64,000 nucleotides of DNA from Botryllus schlosseri (taxonomy: Eukaryota). The notes beneath the pieces are model-generated. The model was not told the origin of the DNA, did not search any database, and saw only the letters and a list, made by a program, of their open reading frames with translations. A program made the position numbers and the translations under genes. The stretch covers positions 2,482,001 through 2,546,000 of the forward strand of contig CM119371.1 of assembly GCA_051294905.1 (NCBI GenBank). Direction: 5' to 3'. Every line of letters starts with the position of its first letter. The first letter of the stretch is position 1. Shown piece by piece: positions 52,391-64,000 of this stretch.

Positions 52391-54093
52391 CAGGGGCGGG
52401 CAACTTCTCCAGTCGGCGGGCCGAATACAGGAATATTAGGTACTTGGCGGGCCGGATTGCTGAATCGATACCTTATCCCCATATACAAGGAATAAATCGT
52501 ATATAATGAATGTATTGAAACGACAGCAATGTCACTTCAAAGCCATTTATCCCCGATAATGACGAAGACAATGCTGATTTGAGAACAGCATTGTCATACA
52601 AGCGCCTCCATATCTGCTTCTGTCTGATCAATTAACACACGGTGCAATCCTTGATTAAGATTTCAAGGCGTTCTACAAGCCCGGTACCCAAAATTTACCA
52701 AGATATCAATTCATTAGATTTGATTACAGCGCAAATGCCGATAATGCCAGTCTTCTCGTTTCGACGAACTTACGCGTAGGCTCCACTCTCGTACGCACAC
52801 ACGTTCGCACACACGTATATAATAACATAATCTACAGTTAGGAGCGTAACACCACTTCGTCAGCCCGTTGATAGTGGGCCCACTAAACGATAAATGAGCG
52901 AAGCTCGCAAAAAAACTATAATTCATGATTGAATCGGTCAATATGATCGGGGATTGCATATATATTGCTATCATTGCTCTGTTAACGTAATCAGATTTAC
53001 CGGTGATAGAGCTGAGTGAGGTGTATTGGAAAATAATGATTAAACATCGTCGGGCGAACCGTTGGTTTAATGAATTCGTTACATGATGCTATTTCGTGGC
53101 CGCCTAACTGTTATGTCAAAAGATATTGAAATCGCCCAAACTTACAAAACTAAATGACGCACACGATTTCAAATTGATATTTCTTTACTAGCTAATAATG
53201 TTTCCCTGGTGTATGGCATTTGTCTTGTGGGGTTCAGAGCGCCGGGGCAGGAACATTCGGCGTCAGCCATTTAGGCCCCAATGGACATTTAAACCTATAT
53301 ATCTAATAAATAATAGCAGACTCCAGCACTTTTAGATGAAACAAAGACCTACCACGCTCAATGACAGTGAACATATTGTCATCATAGTGCTGTGCACAGG
53401 CGAGGTTTTCACTCAAATGCTGACCAATTGACGAAGCATATGATTGGTCAATTGGTCAGCATTTGAGTGAAAACCTCGCCGGTACACAGCACTATGATGA
53501 CAATATGTTCACTGTCATTGCGCGTGGTAGGTCTTTGTTTCATCTAAAAATATATCTAATAGTAGGCCTATATATATATCGAAGTTTTCGGTCAGCACAA
53601 AGGCAGTCCTTTTCGGCCAAGGTGTTCTCGCTGCTGATCGTTCTGGCACACTTCTCGGAGTCGCATGTTACAGCATGGCCTATAACTTCATGTCTTGATG
53701 CGTCGTGGCGAGGTAATGGCCGACGCCAAAGTGTCAATTTCTATAAATCATGCGTATTTTTGTTGGGGGAAGGGTACCCAATAATGAAGGTAATTGTCAT
53801 TAAATCGCGCACAGCGCCATTTTTTTTGAAAAAGTTGCGTAAATTTAGGAAGAAATACTTCATAATCCATTTAAATTCGCGAAATAATTTTGACCCCCTT
53901 CGGGGGTTTGGGTGCGGCAGTTTCGGTCTTGCATACAGTCACTAACATTTTACGTTTAAGCAAGAAGTGGGGAATCTCGGCAGACTGGGACCGCGGGTCA
54001 CATTATCATGTATGGCGGGAAACTGTCCGGGGGCCGGACAAAATCCCGTCGCGGGCCGGATCCGGCCCGCGGGCCGTATGCTGCCCGCCCCTG
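52391..54093. mobile_element. hAT (Charlie-like) element with nested insertions
   Basis: TIR CAGGGGCGGGCA…TGCCCGCCCCTG, perfect TSD GCATATAC. Confidence 0.9.
53309..53549. mobile_element. hairpin insertion derived from a Penelope-like GIY-YIG endonuclease C-terminus
   Basis: 103-bp arms (53330-53432 / 53447-53549, 3 mismatches) encode SIGQHLSENLACAQHYDDNMFTVIERGRSLFHLKVLESAII. 12-bp flanking direct repeat ATATATCTAATA. Confidence 0.8.
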
Positions 54094-54391
54094 GCATATA
54101 CTATACACCTAAGCATTACTTTCTAGTCCAATGGTTTTCAAGCGTGGCCCATTCATTAGCAAATTTTTCAAGCCTATCCAACTGTTGTTTACTTTTAAGC
54201 CGTTATGCGCATCCTATCTTAGCCTGAAAGAAACAAGTATGCTCCGAGGCTGCTGTGATTTCGATTGAAGCTGTTTTAGTGACAATGATCTTATCTGCTA
54301 CCGACTAAAATACACCGCGTCAACTTGGAAACTGTGTTTATTCATCCAGGCGGGAACAGGAGGCAGTGTAAGAATATAAGTATAAGACGAC

Positions 54392-55622
54392 CAGGGCCGT
54401 AACAGCACTTCGCCAGCCCCCCCAAAACGTTGGTCTTGGGCCCCCCACAGGGTGATAAAGACCCCCCTTTGCCTATCCGCTTAATGCCACAATTTGACAT
54501 ATCTTTGGGTGTCCGTTTCCTGAGTATCAGCTTTTCCCGCCTAGACGTGCGAAGCGCGAAAAATTTCAGTAACTCATGATTGAATCGGTCAATATGGTCG
54601 GTAATTACATATATATTGCTATAAATTTTGATCCTCTCTCTGCTCCCGTAATCAGATTTACCGGTAGAGCTGACCGAGGTGTGTTTGAAAACGTAGAACC
54701 ACCCAATAATAATTAAACATCTTCGGGGGTATACCCGTTGGCAGGAACGAAACAGCACTTCGTCAACACACACTAAAACTTGCGTTTGGGGTTCTCATAG
54801 GGTGAAAAACCGACCCCCTCATCACAGTGTTCGCTTTTGCCACGAAATTAGCTGAACTGTTTAGCGAGCCAGCGCAATGTGCGAAAATTTTCGATAATTT
54901 TTGATACAATCGGTCACTAATATCGGGAATTGCATATTTGTTGCTATCAATTTCTTGTCCTCTCTGCTCATGTTATCAAATTTACCGGAAACTGTAGGGC
55001 ACGTAAACAATAATTAAACATCTTCGGGCGGGCGGACCCGTTGGTATGACTTCGTTACATGAATTTATTTCGTTACCACCTGTCTGCTATATCAAAATTA
55101 TAGAATCGCTATAACGTATTGAACTGAAAGACGCACACAATTTGTCTTCTGAGGTTCATATTGCCAAGACAAGAACATATGGCGTCAGTCATTTAGGCGC
55201 CTATGGACAATTAAACCTATTATTTTGTAGGCCTATATATAACGAAGTTTTCGGTCTGCGTAAGGGCAGTCCTTTTCGGCCAAGCTTTTCGCGCTGCCGA
55301 TCGTTCTGGCACACTTCTTCGAGTCGCATGTAATATGTTCTAAATCTTTATATATCTTGGTGCGTAGTGGCGTGGTAATGGCCAACGCTGATATGTACAT
55401 TTCTATAAATCTTGTGTGTTTTTTCTTGGGGGAATAGTACCAAATAATTAAGAAAGTTGGCAACTTTAAATCGCGCGCAGCGCGGAAAATTTTTGAAAAA
55501 GTTGCATAAATTTTCAAAAATTACTCTATACAATTTATGTTAATTCACGAAATAATTTGGGGCCCCCTTCGAGCTCAGGCCCCCCCAATTGGGGGGATTG
55601 GGGTGTGGCAGTTACGGTCCTG
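54392..55622. mobile_element. hAT-type non-autonomous element
   Basis: CAGGGCCGTAAC…GTTACGGTCCTG, perfect TSD AAGACGAC. Relatives at 3760-4570 and ~52900-53930. Confidence 0.88.
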
Positions 55623-55699
55623 AAGACGACTAAAATACGGAAACATCGTAATCAAGTGATTACACAGTCAGTTATTAACCAGACGCGACTAGCAATATA

Positions 55700-56177
55700 T
55701 GGTAGCTTCGTAAACAGCCATGACAGGTTTACAGTTTTTGTGACTAGACTTGACCCGCGTCAATTTATAAAATATGGTGTACAACTCGACTCGATTTGCG
55801 GCAATTTGTGTATTGACTCGTTTTGTACTCGAGTCAATGAGCCTGACTCGACCAAGTCACAAAACTCGAGACTCGGATGGCAAAGACGGGCATTTCATTG
55901 TGCCTTCGAAGAATAGTAAGCTACCACCACATAATACTTGAATTTCAGCCAAACAAAGTTGTAAAAACGCGAGTTAAGCAGGGTTGAGCTGAATAATGAA
56001 CTGTGAACACAATGACTTGGACTCAGATCAAATATCAACTCTGTGACTCGACTTAAGCTTTCGTACCCTGACTATGGCTCGGTGCTGAATTGAAAATGTC
56101 TCGACTCGTATCGAGTCAAAATTATGAAAGTAGAATTACCTTGTGACTCAGGACCTTGTGACTTGGTAAGCACCATG
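55700..56177. mobile_element. diverged copy of the 38022-38600 MITE family
   Basis: Collinear GACTCG motifs, ending GACCTTGTGACTTGGTAAGCACCATG. Confidence 0.6.
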
Positions 56178-56408
56178 GGACACAGCTCACGACCCGACTG
56201 CAATAATTATTGAAGCGGCCTTGAACGAAAGGTATTGCTGATTTCGAAAATAAAAATTATAATCTGGTCTGGGCACTGTAACGCGCCCCCTAATTACCCT
56301 GACATTAATAAAAATCGTCATAGTTTAGCAGCGACAAAATGATCACAAAAATCAATCAATGTGGCATTTCAATTGTTCGCTACAAAACTCGAATACAAGG
56401 GTTGTTAC

Positions 56409-57683
56409 TAGGGTTGGATTATCCGGATAACGGTTAACCGCAGGTATTTTCACTATCTGATATCCGGATATTTTTCTGCCGGTTAACCGGATAAAAAAGA
56501 ATCGTTGCTAATGCATTTTACACGTTTTAGTAAGCTTCCATAAGTCGTATTAGGAGTTGGCGCGGCCGATTAACGAGAAGCGTGTTGCCAATTAGCGAGA
56601 TGCGTCTGTACACATTGCACAATGTAATGTGACGCGATCTCCTGCTGAGAAGATCGTTAAATTAGGTCATTGATTGCCGCGCGCTCGGCTATCGTCTCTG
56701 GCCTGATTTATCGCGTCTTCAACAAGCCGATAGTTCCACTGGATTGAAGAATCGCATCTGCAATAGGCCATGTGCAGTGTACACACTATTCCATCGCTGG
56801 CCTGCACAATCGCATCTTCATTGGCTTGGTGCTCACGATATTATCGTTGACCTACACAGTCGCATCTGCAATAGGCCTACGAACGATATAATCGCTGGCC
56901 TAACCATCTCGGACCCAGCATGCATTGGCTCCTATCTCTCGATGGCTTGTTGACGATATGCCGTTAAGTGTATTCTAATTAGTGATTCTGAGAGTGACAC
57001 CGCGAAACTGAATGACATCGAATGTTCGCAAAAATGTGCGTGCGTGCAAGCGTAATTGATTTTCGCTGATGATTAATTCGAAAAAAAAATCGAAACCCTC
57101 TGATTTTATTTCAATCCCCATACATTTTCGGCTGGCTGCGTGCCTGATCACGTGAATTAGAGCGAGGTATCATGTCGGCATCAATTCCAGTATCAGCTAG
57201 TCGTCCTTCTAGTACTCCAAACCTAAACATAAGGATGGTCAAAAGGATGCAAAGCCGTTGAAGTTTCCGGCGTACGACCTGCCAACCTTTTTGACTCTCT
57301 ACGTAGCGCTGCTTTCTATTCAGCCCACTTCTGTGGAAGCTGAAAAAGCATTCAATGAACGTGGACTCTTTGTTACAAAATTCCGGTCCCGGCTACAGGA
57401 TCCCACAATTGATGCATCTGTGCTTTATAAAGAGGGCATTGCAGAAGCAGTGAACATTAAATTTGCGTGTTTTTTCTCGTATTCGCTCATACTGCGCGCG
57501 TAGGTAGGTACTCTACAATAACACTGTGTAATGATTTTGCGATCCGTTTTACATGCAGACCTAATGCAATCGATTGTCTCACTTAGCAGTTATTATCCGG
57601 TTAACCGGTTTGATAAATTCCAAAATATCCGGATATATCCGTTATCCGGATAGTGAAAATTATTGATATCCGAACTAACCCTG
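56409..57683 (+). mobile_element. internally deleted hAT transposon with transposase C-terminal dimerisation-domain remnant (~57280-57420)
   Basis: Ends TAGGGTTGG…CTAACCCTG, perfect TSD GTTGTTAC, ATCCGGATA subterminal motifs. Encodes ALLSIQPTSVEAEKAFNERGLFVTKFRSRLQDPTIDA (hATC-like). Confidence 0.9.
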
Positions 57684-58009
57684 GTTGTTACCAAGTCACA
57701 AGGTTCCGAGTCCCAAGTTAATCCCCGCATCCTCGTATGAAGTTCGCGTGCGGAGGGTCGAGTCCTTGCCCAAGTCATTGCGTTCACAGTTCATGTCATG
57801 TTCAAACCAAATTTTTACAGCTATGCTCGAGTGATATCAAATGCCTCACATTCATTATATGCTGATTTTCATCATTTCTTGACATTTCTTAAATTGATGT
57901 ACGAGTACTGATAGACGAAATACAAATAATAATGCTACTTTACTATTTTGAAAAGTTGCAATGAAATGCACTATTGGCTGCTAGAGTTTTGAGTCATGTG
58001 AATTGAGCA

Positions 58010-58527
58010 TGACTCGAGTTTACTGGAAAAGGCGTGAGCGTATTTCGAAACGAGATCGCCAAACAATCTGTGTCTGTCAGTTGCGTCTTCATTTGATTTC
58101 CTGGCCTCTCCCACGAACACTGTCTATTCTCGCTTGCCGTTGGCACTCAATCGTTTTTCGTAACTTTCTGCTGCTCGGATTCTCTGTTGAGTTCTCTGCT
58201 ACGTCGCACTTGTACCACAATCTTGCTCTTTTTGATTTCGTATCATTCATCCACGCTGGCTGTCGTACTGACTTTAATTGAAACGGAAGTATAGTCGCAT
58301 CTGAGGAATATGTCGATCGAATGTTTTTCCCATTCTGGAACCCAGAGTTTTGTAGCGTTCTCTGTCTTTTCCTGTGAGCAGCTGAATATTCCGATGACTT
58401 TCTTTCAAAACTTGGCGGTTTGCGTTTGATTTAGTATCGTTTCATTCGACGAGTCAATTTACTGTACTTGGGCTTCCGTTTTGTGAGAAATTACGCTTCA
58501 CGCTGTCCTTTGAATTCCAAAACTTCC
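58010..58527 (-). pseudogene. possible degenerate last exon of an RBM28-like gene
   Basis: Acceptor tcctaccttttag|, K/R-rich frames broken by stops, ending …RLFGDLVSKYAHAFSSK (weakly like the RBM28 C-terminal helix). Confidence 0.25.
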
Positions 58528-58700
58528 CTAAAAGGTAGGAATCGGTTGATTTGAGCGAGAAAAATAGCCCTCGTATCACAGTAGCTTGATATATTTTCTA
58601 AAATATTGGGCTAGTCACAATAATCAAAGGACTCGCATCTGAAATCGATATTACCTGTACAATTTGAGTCAACTAGAGAATTTATTCGTCTCCTTACCAA

Positions 58701-59193
58701 TAGGGCTGTGCAAAATCGAGTACGTGAATGATTCGATACTGAATCACACATTAGGCTTCGAGCCCGGTGGAGTATTCGAGTATCACTCATTATGACAAAA
58801 TAACAGTATTTGAGATGTCAAAGTTCATATACACACCTTTTATGCTACTACAAATAATACAATGTCTGTACTTTGATATTTCATCCACAATACCTATCTC
58901 ATTGCACTTTGTGACAATGCTGTGGGTTGATTATGACTTCAGAAATATGTTAATCCCAATATCATTTGTAGCTTTGTACTACATGTTCCGTAGGCTGCGG
59001 TACGGCCAGTCAAGGTTTCCATGCTCCCACAGTAGAAAATACGGGTCGAAACTATAATTCTCATTATTCAATTACATTTCATTGGCATAGAGCGTATAAT
59101 ATCAGCACTCCGAAAATTTCACAACTCGACTCGAATCATTAGATATATTCATCGAAGCAGATTCGAGTATTCATATCATAGTGTCCAGCCCTA
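58701..59193. mobile_element. hAT-type MITE remnant
   Basis: TAGGGCTG…CAGCCCTA ends with TCGAGTA/TTCGA motifs; TSD not convincing. Confidence 0.5.
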
Positions 59194-59499
59194 CTAACCA
59201 CTATGTGTTGATTTATTAACTAAATTTATTGTTTCGAACGTATTTTCACTGTGGAAGCCTTGGAACTGTATTCGTCATATGACATCATACGAAAGCTTTT
59301 GTATATAACTACGTTAGCGGAAAGGAAATATCTGTAAACCCGCAGCATTTGCAATGAAATTGGCATGGTCGACCAAAATACCATATTATTTTTAACATGA
59401 CGTAGAGCTGGCATTATATTATTTGTGGTTGCACGAAAGGTAGCCTACATATTTGCACTTTTCACATATCCCATACCCCTATGATGTCATAAATAGTGT

Positions 59500-59955
59500 T
59501 ACTTGACTCGACGCCTAATATTCGATTCATGGTCAAATCACTCAGCCACTTGATTTCCACAACCCAATCAATGAATACTACAAGAAGATTGTCAATGGTC
59601 ATCAACTCTCACAGAACATCTTGTTGGCAGTATCTCGAAATCTATTCGGGTGGCCAACCAGTTCTAAATCCCATTAAGAGCATATTCTTTCACATACTAT
59701 TTCAGGCTTCACTGAGTATAATATGATTGGCTGGTATGCAGACTTGTACAAGCTACCAATCAAGTTAGTTGACGGTCAACTGACAACTGACTAGTTGCCA
59801 ACATCTAGAAAACTTGGGTCATCGTTTGACGTGAATCGTGATCCCGGCGTTTTATTGTGTGATGTTATGGCAGCCATTTCTACCTCAGAGTCATCACTGC
59901 AGAGACTGGCGTGACCAGGTGTTAGGAGTTTACAGCCTCTCCATTTCAACTAGGA
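59500..59955 (+). repeat. diverged direct repeat of ~63100-63582
   Basis: Shared blocks AAATCTATTCGGGTGGCCAAC, CTGGTATGCAGACTTGT and GAGTCATCACT. Confidence 0.85.
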
Positions 59956-60469
59956 CAAACTAATTCGTAAGGACAGACAGTTCCAAACAGAAGTGAAGAT
60001 AAGTAGTGCAATTCTAACGTTATGTGGGAAAATACCTAGTTTGCATATGGTAGGTCAAATTTGTTCAAAATTAGGATTTTTTAGGTCAAAAAATGTTAAA
60101 GCTTTGATTTTTTAGGTCACAATCTTTGGTTTTTTAGGTAAAAGAATCACCCTAGTCAAAACCATCCATGTCATCAAACTTTCCGTTGGGACTGCCAGCA
60201 TTCTGATTGTATTTGTGACATGACGATAATGTGGGGCGCGAAATTTTTCACTATCAAAAAGGGGGGCGTGTCAAAGAAAATTTGAGAACCGCTGTTTTAA
60301 ATCTAATTGAAGTTGCGGGTTTTGGAAAGAGAGTGCAGATTTTGGAAATCCAGTGGTTTGTTGAAGTCTGGGTACGGCACCTGAATAGTGGTTTAAAAGT
60401 ACGGTAAGCACCTGAATAGTGGTTTAAAAGTACGGTAAGCATGAACGAGTCTACCAACGTTTTCCTTAC

Positions 60470-60571
60470 CATTCAGCGAGTCGATACAATTTGCCACCTT
60501 GTCGGAAGTGAGGTCTTGAATTGGACGAGACCACATCCGTCGGACATGCCAATGGTGGAATTGATGGCGAT
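60470..60571 (-). pseudogene. frameshifted RRM exon (RNP1 region), RBM28-like
   Basis: tattcag|IAINSTIGMSDGCGLVQFKTS-[frameshift at ACCTC/ACTTC duplication]-DKVANCIDSLN|gtaagg; resembles RBM28 RRM3 (…HSKGCAFAQF…). Confidence 0.55.
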
Positions 60572-61191
60572 CTGAATAGAAGATGTCAAAAATGTGACAG
60601 CAACTTATTGAAATATATGAATATGTGCAGAAAAATAATGTGCCTGCATCTGAGATCTGATGACCATACGTACAACACACTTGATATCAAAAAGGAAGAA
60701 ATAAGTTTCTCATTAAATTCAAGGTTTTGATATTTGCCTTCGACTTCCACACAATTGCCACAAACAAATTCTAAATTCATTTTAATGTTTGGATGACGGA
60801 CATAGAGCAATGGTCGGCAACCTCTGGTTCATGATCCCAAGTGGGGTTGCCTTAACTTTTCCTGGCCTCGCCATGACTCAACATATCTATCACTGTTTCA
60901 ATTCAACATTGAAAATCTACCAACAGTTTTATGTTCTTCTTCTATGTTAAGTTTAGTTACAGTAAGTAGGCGTGCAGTACTGGCGTTCAATGGACGATGT
61001 TCAGCCAGATTGCTTTGTGTCTGAAGCTAGCTTAAAATTGCTTTCACCTTATCATATTTGTCAGTTGGTCAAACTGATACTGAGATGCCAACCATTAAAT
61101 ATTGAGGCAAAGCTATCCATAGCGGCAAGTTTCCACCTCTGATATGAAAGCGTGTTTGTGAAAGCACAGCCTGTCGTAGTGGTCTGGCGGA

Positions 61192-62066
61192 CAGTGTTGA
61201 AATGACTCGGGTTATGTCTTGAGTCGAGTCAGATTCGAGTCACCTTTTTTCGTATGACTCGATTTGACACTTTGCAAAAATGACTTGACTTGACTCGGCG
61301 TTTCACAAATGTGGATTAACTAGTGACTGGAAGCATAATTTACGAGTCAATTTCAAGTCATCAAGAAATCGGTGTTGCTAAAAATCGCTGTATACGTTAC
61401 AATTGTTCGGATTGTTCTCGATACGCTGTTGTGACTGGTGAGAGCGACAAATCATTCATTCAATCACTTTGCGTTTTACTGAACGTCCATTATTCTACAA
61501 CAAATATATCGACCGCTTACAGTGTGCGTTGTCGCAGTAGTAAAGCAATATAATAAAAACAAGGTCAGTGATTGGTCAAAGATTGGTCAATGGTCATTGG
61601 TGCAAAATCCCTTATTTGATCCAGCATTCAGAATTGAATTCAAATATACTTTACAAGTTATTATTACTAGTCAAGCATTGGCGTAAGCCTAATTCATATC
61701 TCATGGATAAGTAGTTAGGTAATGCTTCATATCAATTCGTTTCCGCTATCTAAGGTTTTGTGTTCACCATTTTGGCGGATAAATTAATGACTGCGGTTAT
61801 ACAACAGTTACTTCGTTTGACAGTACTATGAATTTGGGTGCTATACAACGCATTTTGCCATGTATATTCATCTCTATATTCATCCCTCAGTTTATAATAA
61901 ATGACGACTCAATCTTAATTTCGAACAGCTGGTAAAATGCAATGTGATGCCATGTACTTCGAAAAGACAACTTGACTTGAATTGTGACTTGACTTGACTC
62001 GAGCCAAAATGCGCAATGAATCAAGATGACTTGTGACTCGAAGGTAGTGACTTGATCCAAACACTG
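61192..62066. mobile_element. hAT-type MITE, inverted sister of 37017-37968
   Basis: CAGTGTTGAAATGACTCG…GTGACTTGATCCAAACACTG; TSD CTGGCGGA/CTGGCTGA. Confidence 0.85.
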
Positions 62067-62533
62067 CTGGCTGAAGAGAGAGACATGGGCTATTTTGCAT
62101 CATTTACCCATATCTCAGCAGGTACATGATACTACAATAAAGTTGTGCTACACACAGATGGATAGCTTCGCGCAGCATAGAGGCAACTAGCATGGAACAC
62201 GGCGGTATTTAAAAATAATTTATTTACAGCTCCATTATGGTAGTTTTCTGAAAAAAATGGCTACAACCAAACTTTTTTCCACAATTTTATGTTTGTGCAA
62301 AGCGCAGCGACAATTGAAAACAATCATTTTGCAATATTTTTGTACCACAACATTTCTCAATAACCGTTAACCATTTTCCCCTATCGAAAAACAAAATGAT
62401 TTTGCACAAAAATGCTGGTTTTATTTTCGTTTTAATTGGGGTCACCCCTTATAAAGTTGCCGACCGGTGGTCCAGAGTAGGCCAGCCCCACAATACTGAC
62501 AAATGTTTTGGCTGAATATTTGACCGCCCATAC

Positions 62534-62678
62534 CTGGTCGTACAAGTCCGTCCCTGCCGAGATACAAATTCCTTTTGCCATCCTTCTCCGCCTTTTGCTT
62601 CTTCTGTTCATTTATCATCCTTTCACGTCTGTTCACAGCTTGATCAACTCGAATCTCATTCCCGTCCAGGTTGTTGCC
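62534..62678 (-). CDS. RBM28: RBM28/Nop4-like exon (end of RRM3 plus linker); gene or pseudogene
   Basis: GNNLDGNEIRVDQAV…GKRNLYLGRDGLVRPG matches the conserved RBM28 LDGR…VD.AV…RNLYLAREGLIR.G motif. ttgcag| acceptor and CCAG|gtatgg donor. Confidence 0.75.
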
Positions 62679-64000
62679 CTGCAATGGTAGTCAGATAGTC
62701 GCAAATATGTTTACAGAGAGAATTGTACAATAGGGGTACTTTTTTTCAAATTTCATCGGCGTTATTGTCAAATCGTCAGGTTACATTAAAAACCTTGCAC
62801 AACAAATTTAACTCCATTCCAACCAGTAGATGCCGTGGTCAGTCAAATTGGTCATTTTTAATAATAGTATTTACGGTGACCAATTTCGTCATAACGACAT
62901 GACCCAAAATCATATTCCATGTATTCCTGAAGAGGCAGGAATGTCTTTTCCACTTGTTTTGATCTTGACAAGGGCCTGTGGCGGAGTTTGGATGAAGACA
63001 TCGCCAGTAAACGAAAAAAGATATGACATGGATTAGCTGAAATTAGTTCACGTCACTGAAATAGACACCGTAAAAATCAATTCACGGTCGAGTCACTCAG
63101 GTAGTTGATTTTGACAACCCTACTCATGAGTAGTAAAAGGAGATTGTCAGTGGTCATTAACTCTGACAAAACATTATTCAATAATGAGTGGCAGCATCTC
63201 TAAATCTATTCGGGTGGCCAACAAGTTACAAACCCCTTAGGAGTGTATATTTTCACATAATTTGTCAGGTGCCGCCGAGTATAATATTACTTACTGGTAT
63301 GCAGACTTGTGTAAGCTACCAATCTGGATAGTTTAAGGTCAATTAAAAACTGTTTTTTTTATTAGTTCAAGTTGTGGATTTTGAAAAGTGAGTAGTTTTA
63401 GTTACAGTAGCGCATTAAAAAACTAGCTGCCAATAACTGGAAAACTCACGTCATCGTTTTGCGTGAATCGTGATACCGTCTTTGTGTTGTGTGATGTTCT
63501 TGCAGCCATTTCTAGCTCTGAGTCATCACTAAAGAGACTGTCGTAGGGGTGTTAGGGGTTTAAAGCCTTCCCATTTTAACTAGAACCCATTACTTTTATA
63601 AGGGACGATTCTGTATCCAATATTTCCTATCTCGTTAGCGATTCAGTAATTTGTATTATCAGTGCTGCCAATTATCAACATTCGACAGTGCATAGCGGTA
63701 TGCGATCTAGTTAGTTAGTTGCAGAGCTTTAATGGTCGTGGTTCCAGTTACGCATCTCGAACACCCAGTAGTTTGTAGGAGTCTGTTGGTATATATTATT
63801 CTAGGAAGTGGGTAGAGTTTTATCATTGGCCGAATGATTATGATCAAGTGTTGTAAAGGAAAAATGATACCATAAAATGAAACAGAAAACGAGAAAAGGT
63901 AATGTCAAAGTCACAAAATGTCTGCTTTGCTTGCAGTTTTACCTGTTTTTCAATGAAATTCAACTATGATCGGTACAAAGATGCCAGGATTGTCATCAAA

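Noticed and set aside
60377..60441. 31-bp tandem duplication GCACCTGAATAGTGGTTTAAAAGTACGGTAA
   Set aside because: Simple local slippage duplication; no evidence of function.

Overview
AT-rich eukaryotic (metazoan) genomic DNA, dense in transposons; an invertebrate such as a tunicate is my inference only. The left end holds a spliced minus-strand NLR (NACHT-LRR) gene. Its predicted N-terminus has no death-fold domain, only a basic patch and a short beta-prone, RHIM/amyloid-like motif. Upstream lie a CR1-group LINE 3' fragment, an internally inverted Penelope fragment and a tRNA-derived SINE. At 12421-23449 is an 11-kb non-coding foldback with Polinton/Maverick-type AGTAGT...ACTACT termini. Its inner ~2.3-kb arms look identical, its outer arms are diverged, it has a central 41-bp tandem array, and it has no TSD. 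At 23450-48276 is a two-tier tandem segmental duplication: old ~7-8 kb units re-duplicated as a near-identical block with a ~15.7-kb period. The copies differ by clean TE insertions and one microhomology deletion. The right part is a nest of hAT-type MITEs with 8-bp TSDs, a Penelope-derived hairpin insertion, and degenerate, partly duplicated RBM28-like exons. All alignments were done by eye, so identity values are approximate.
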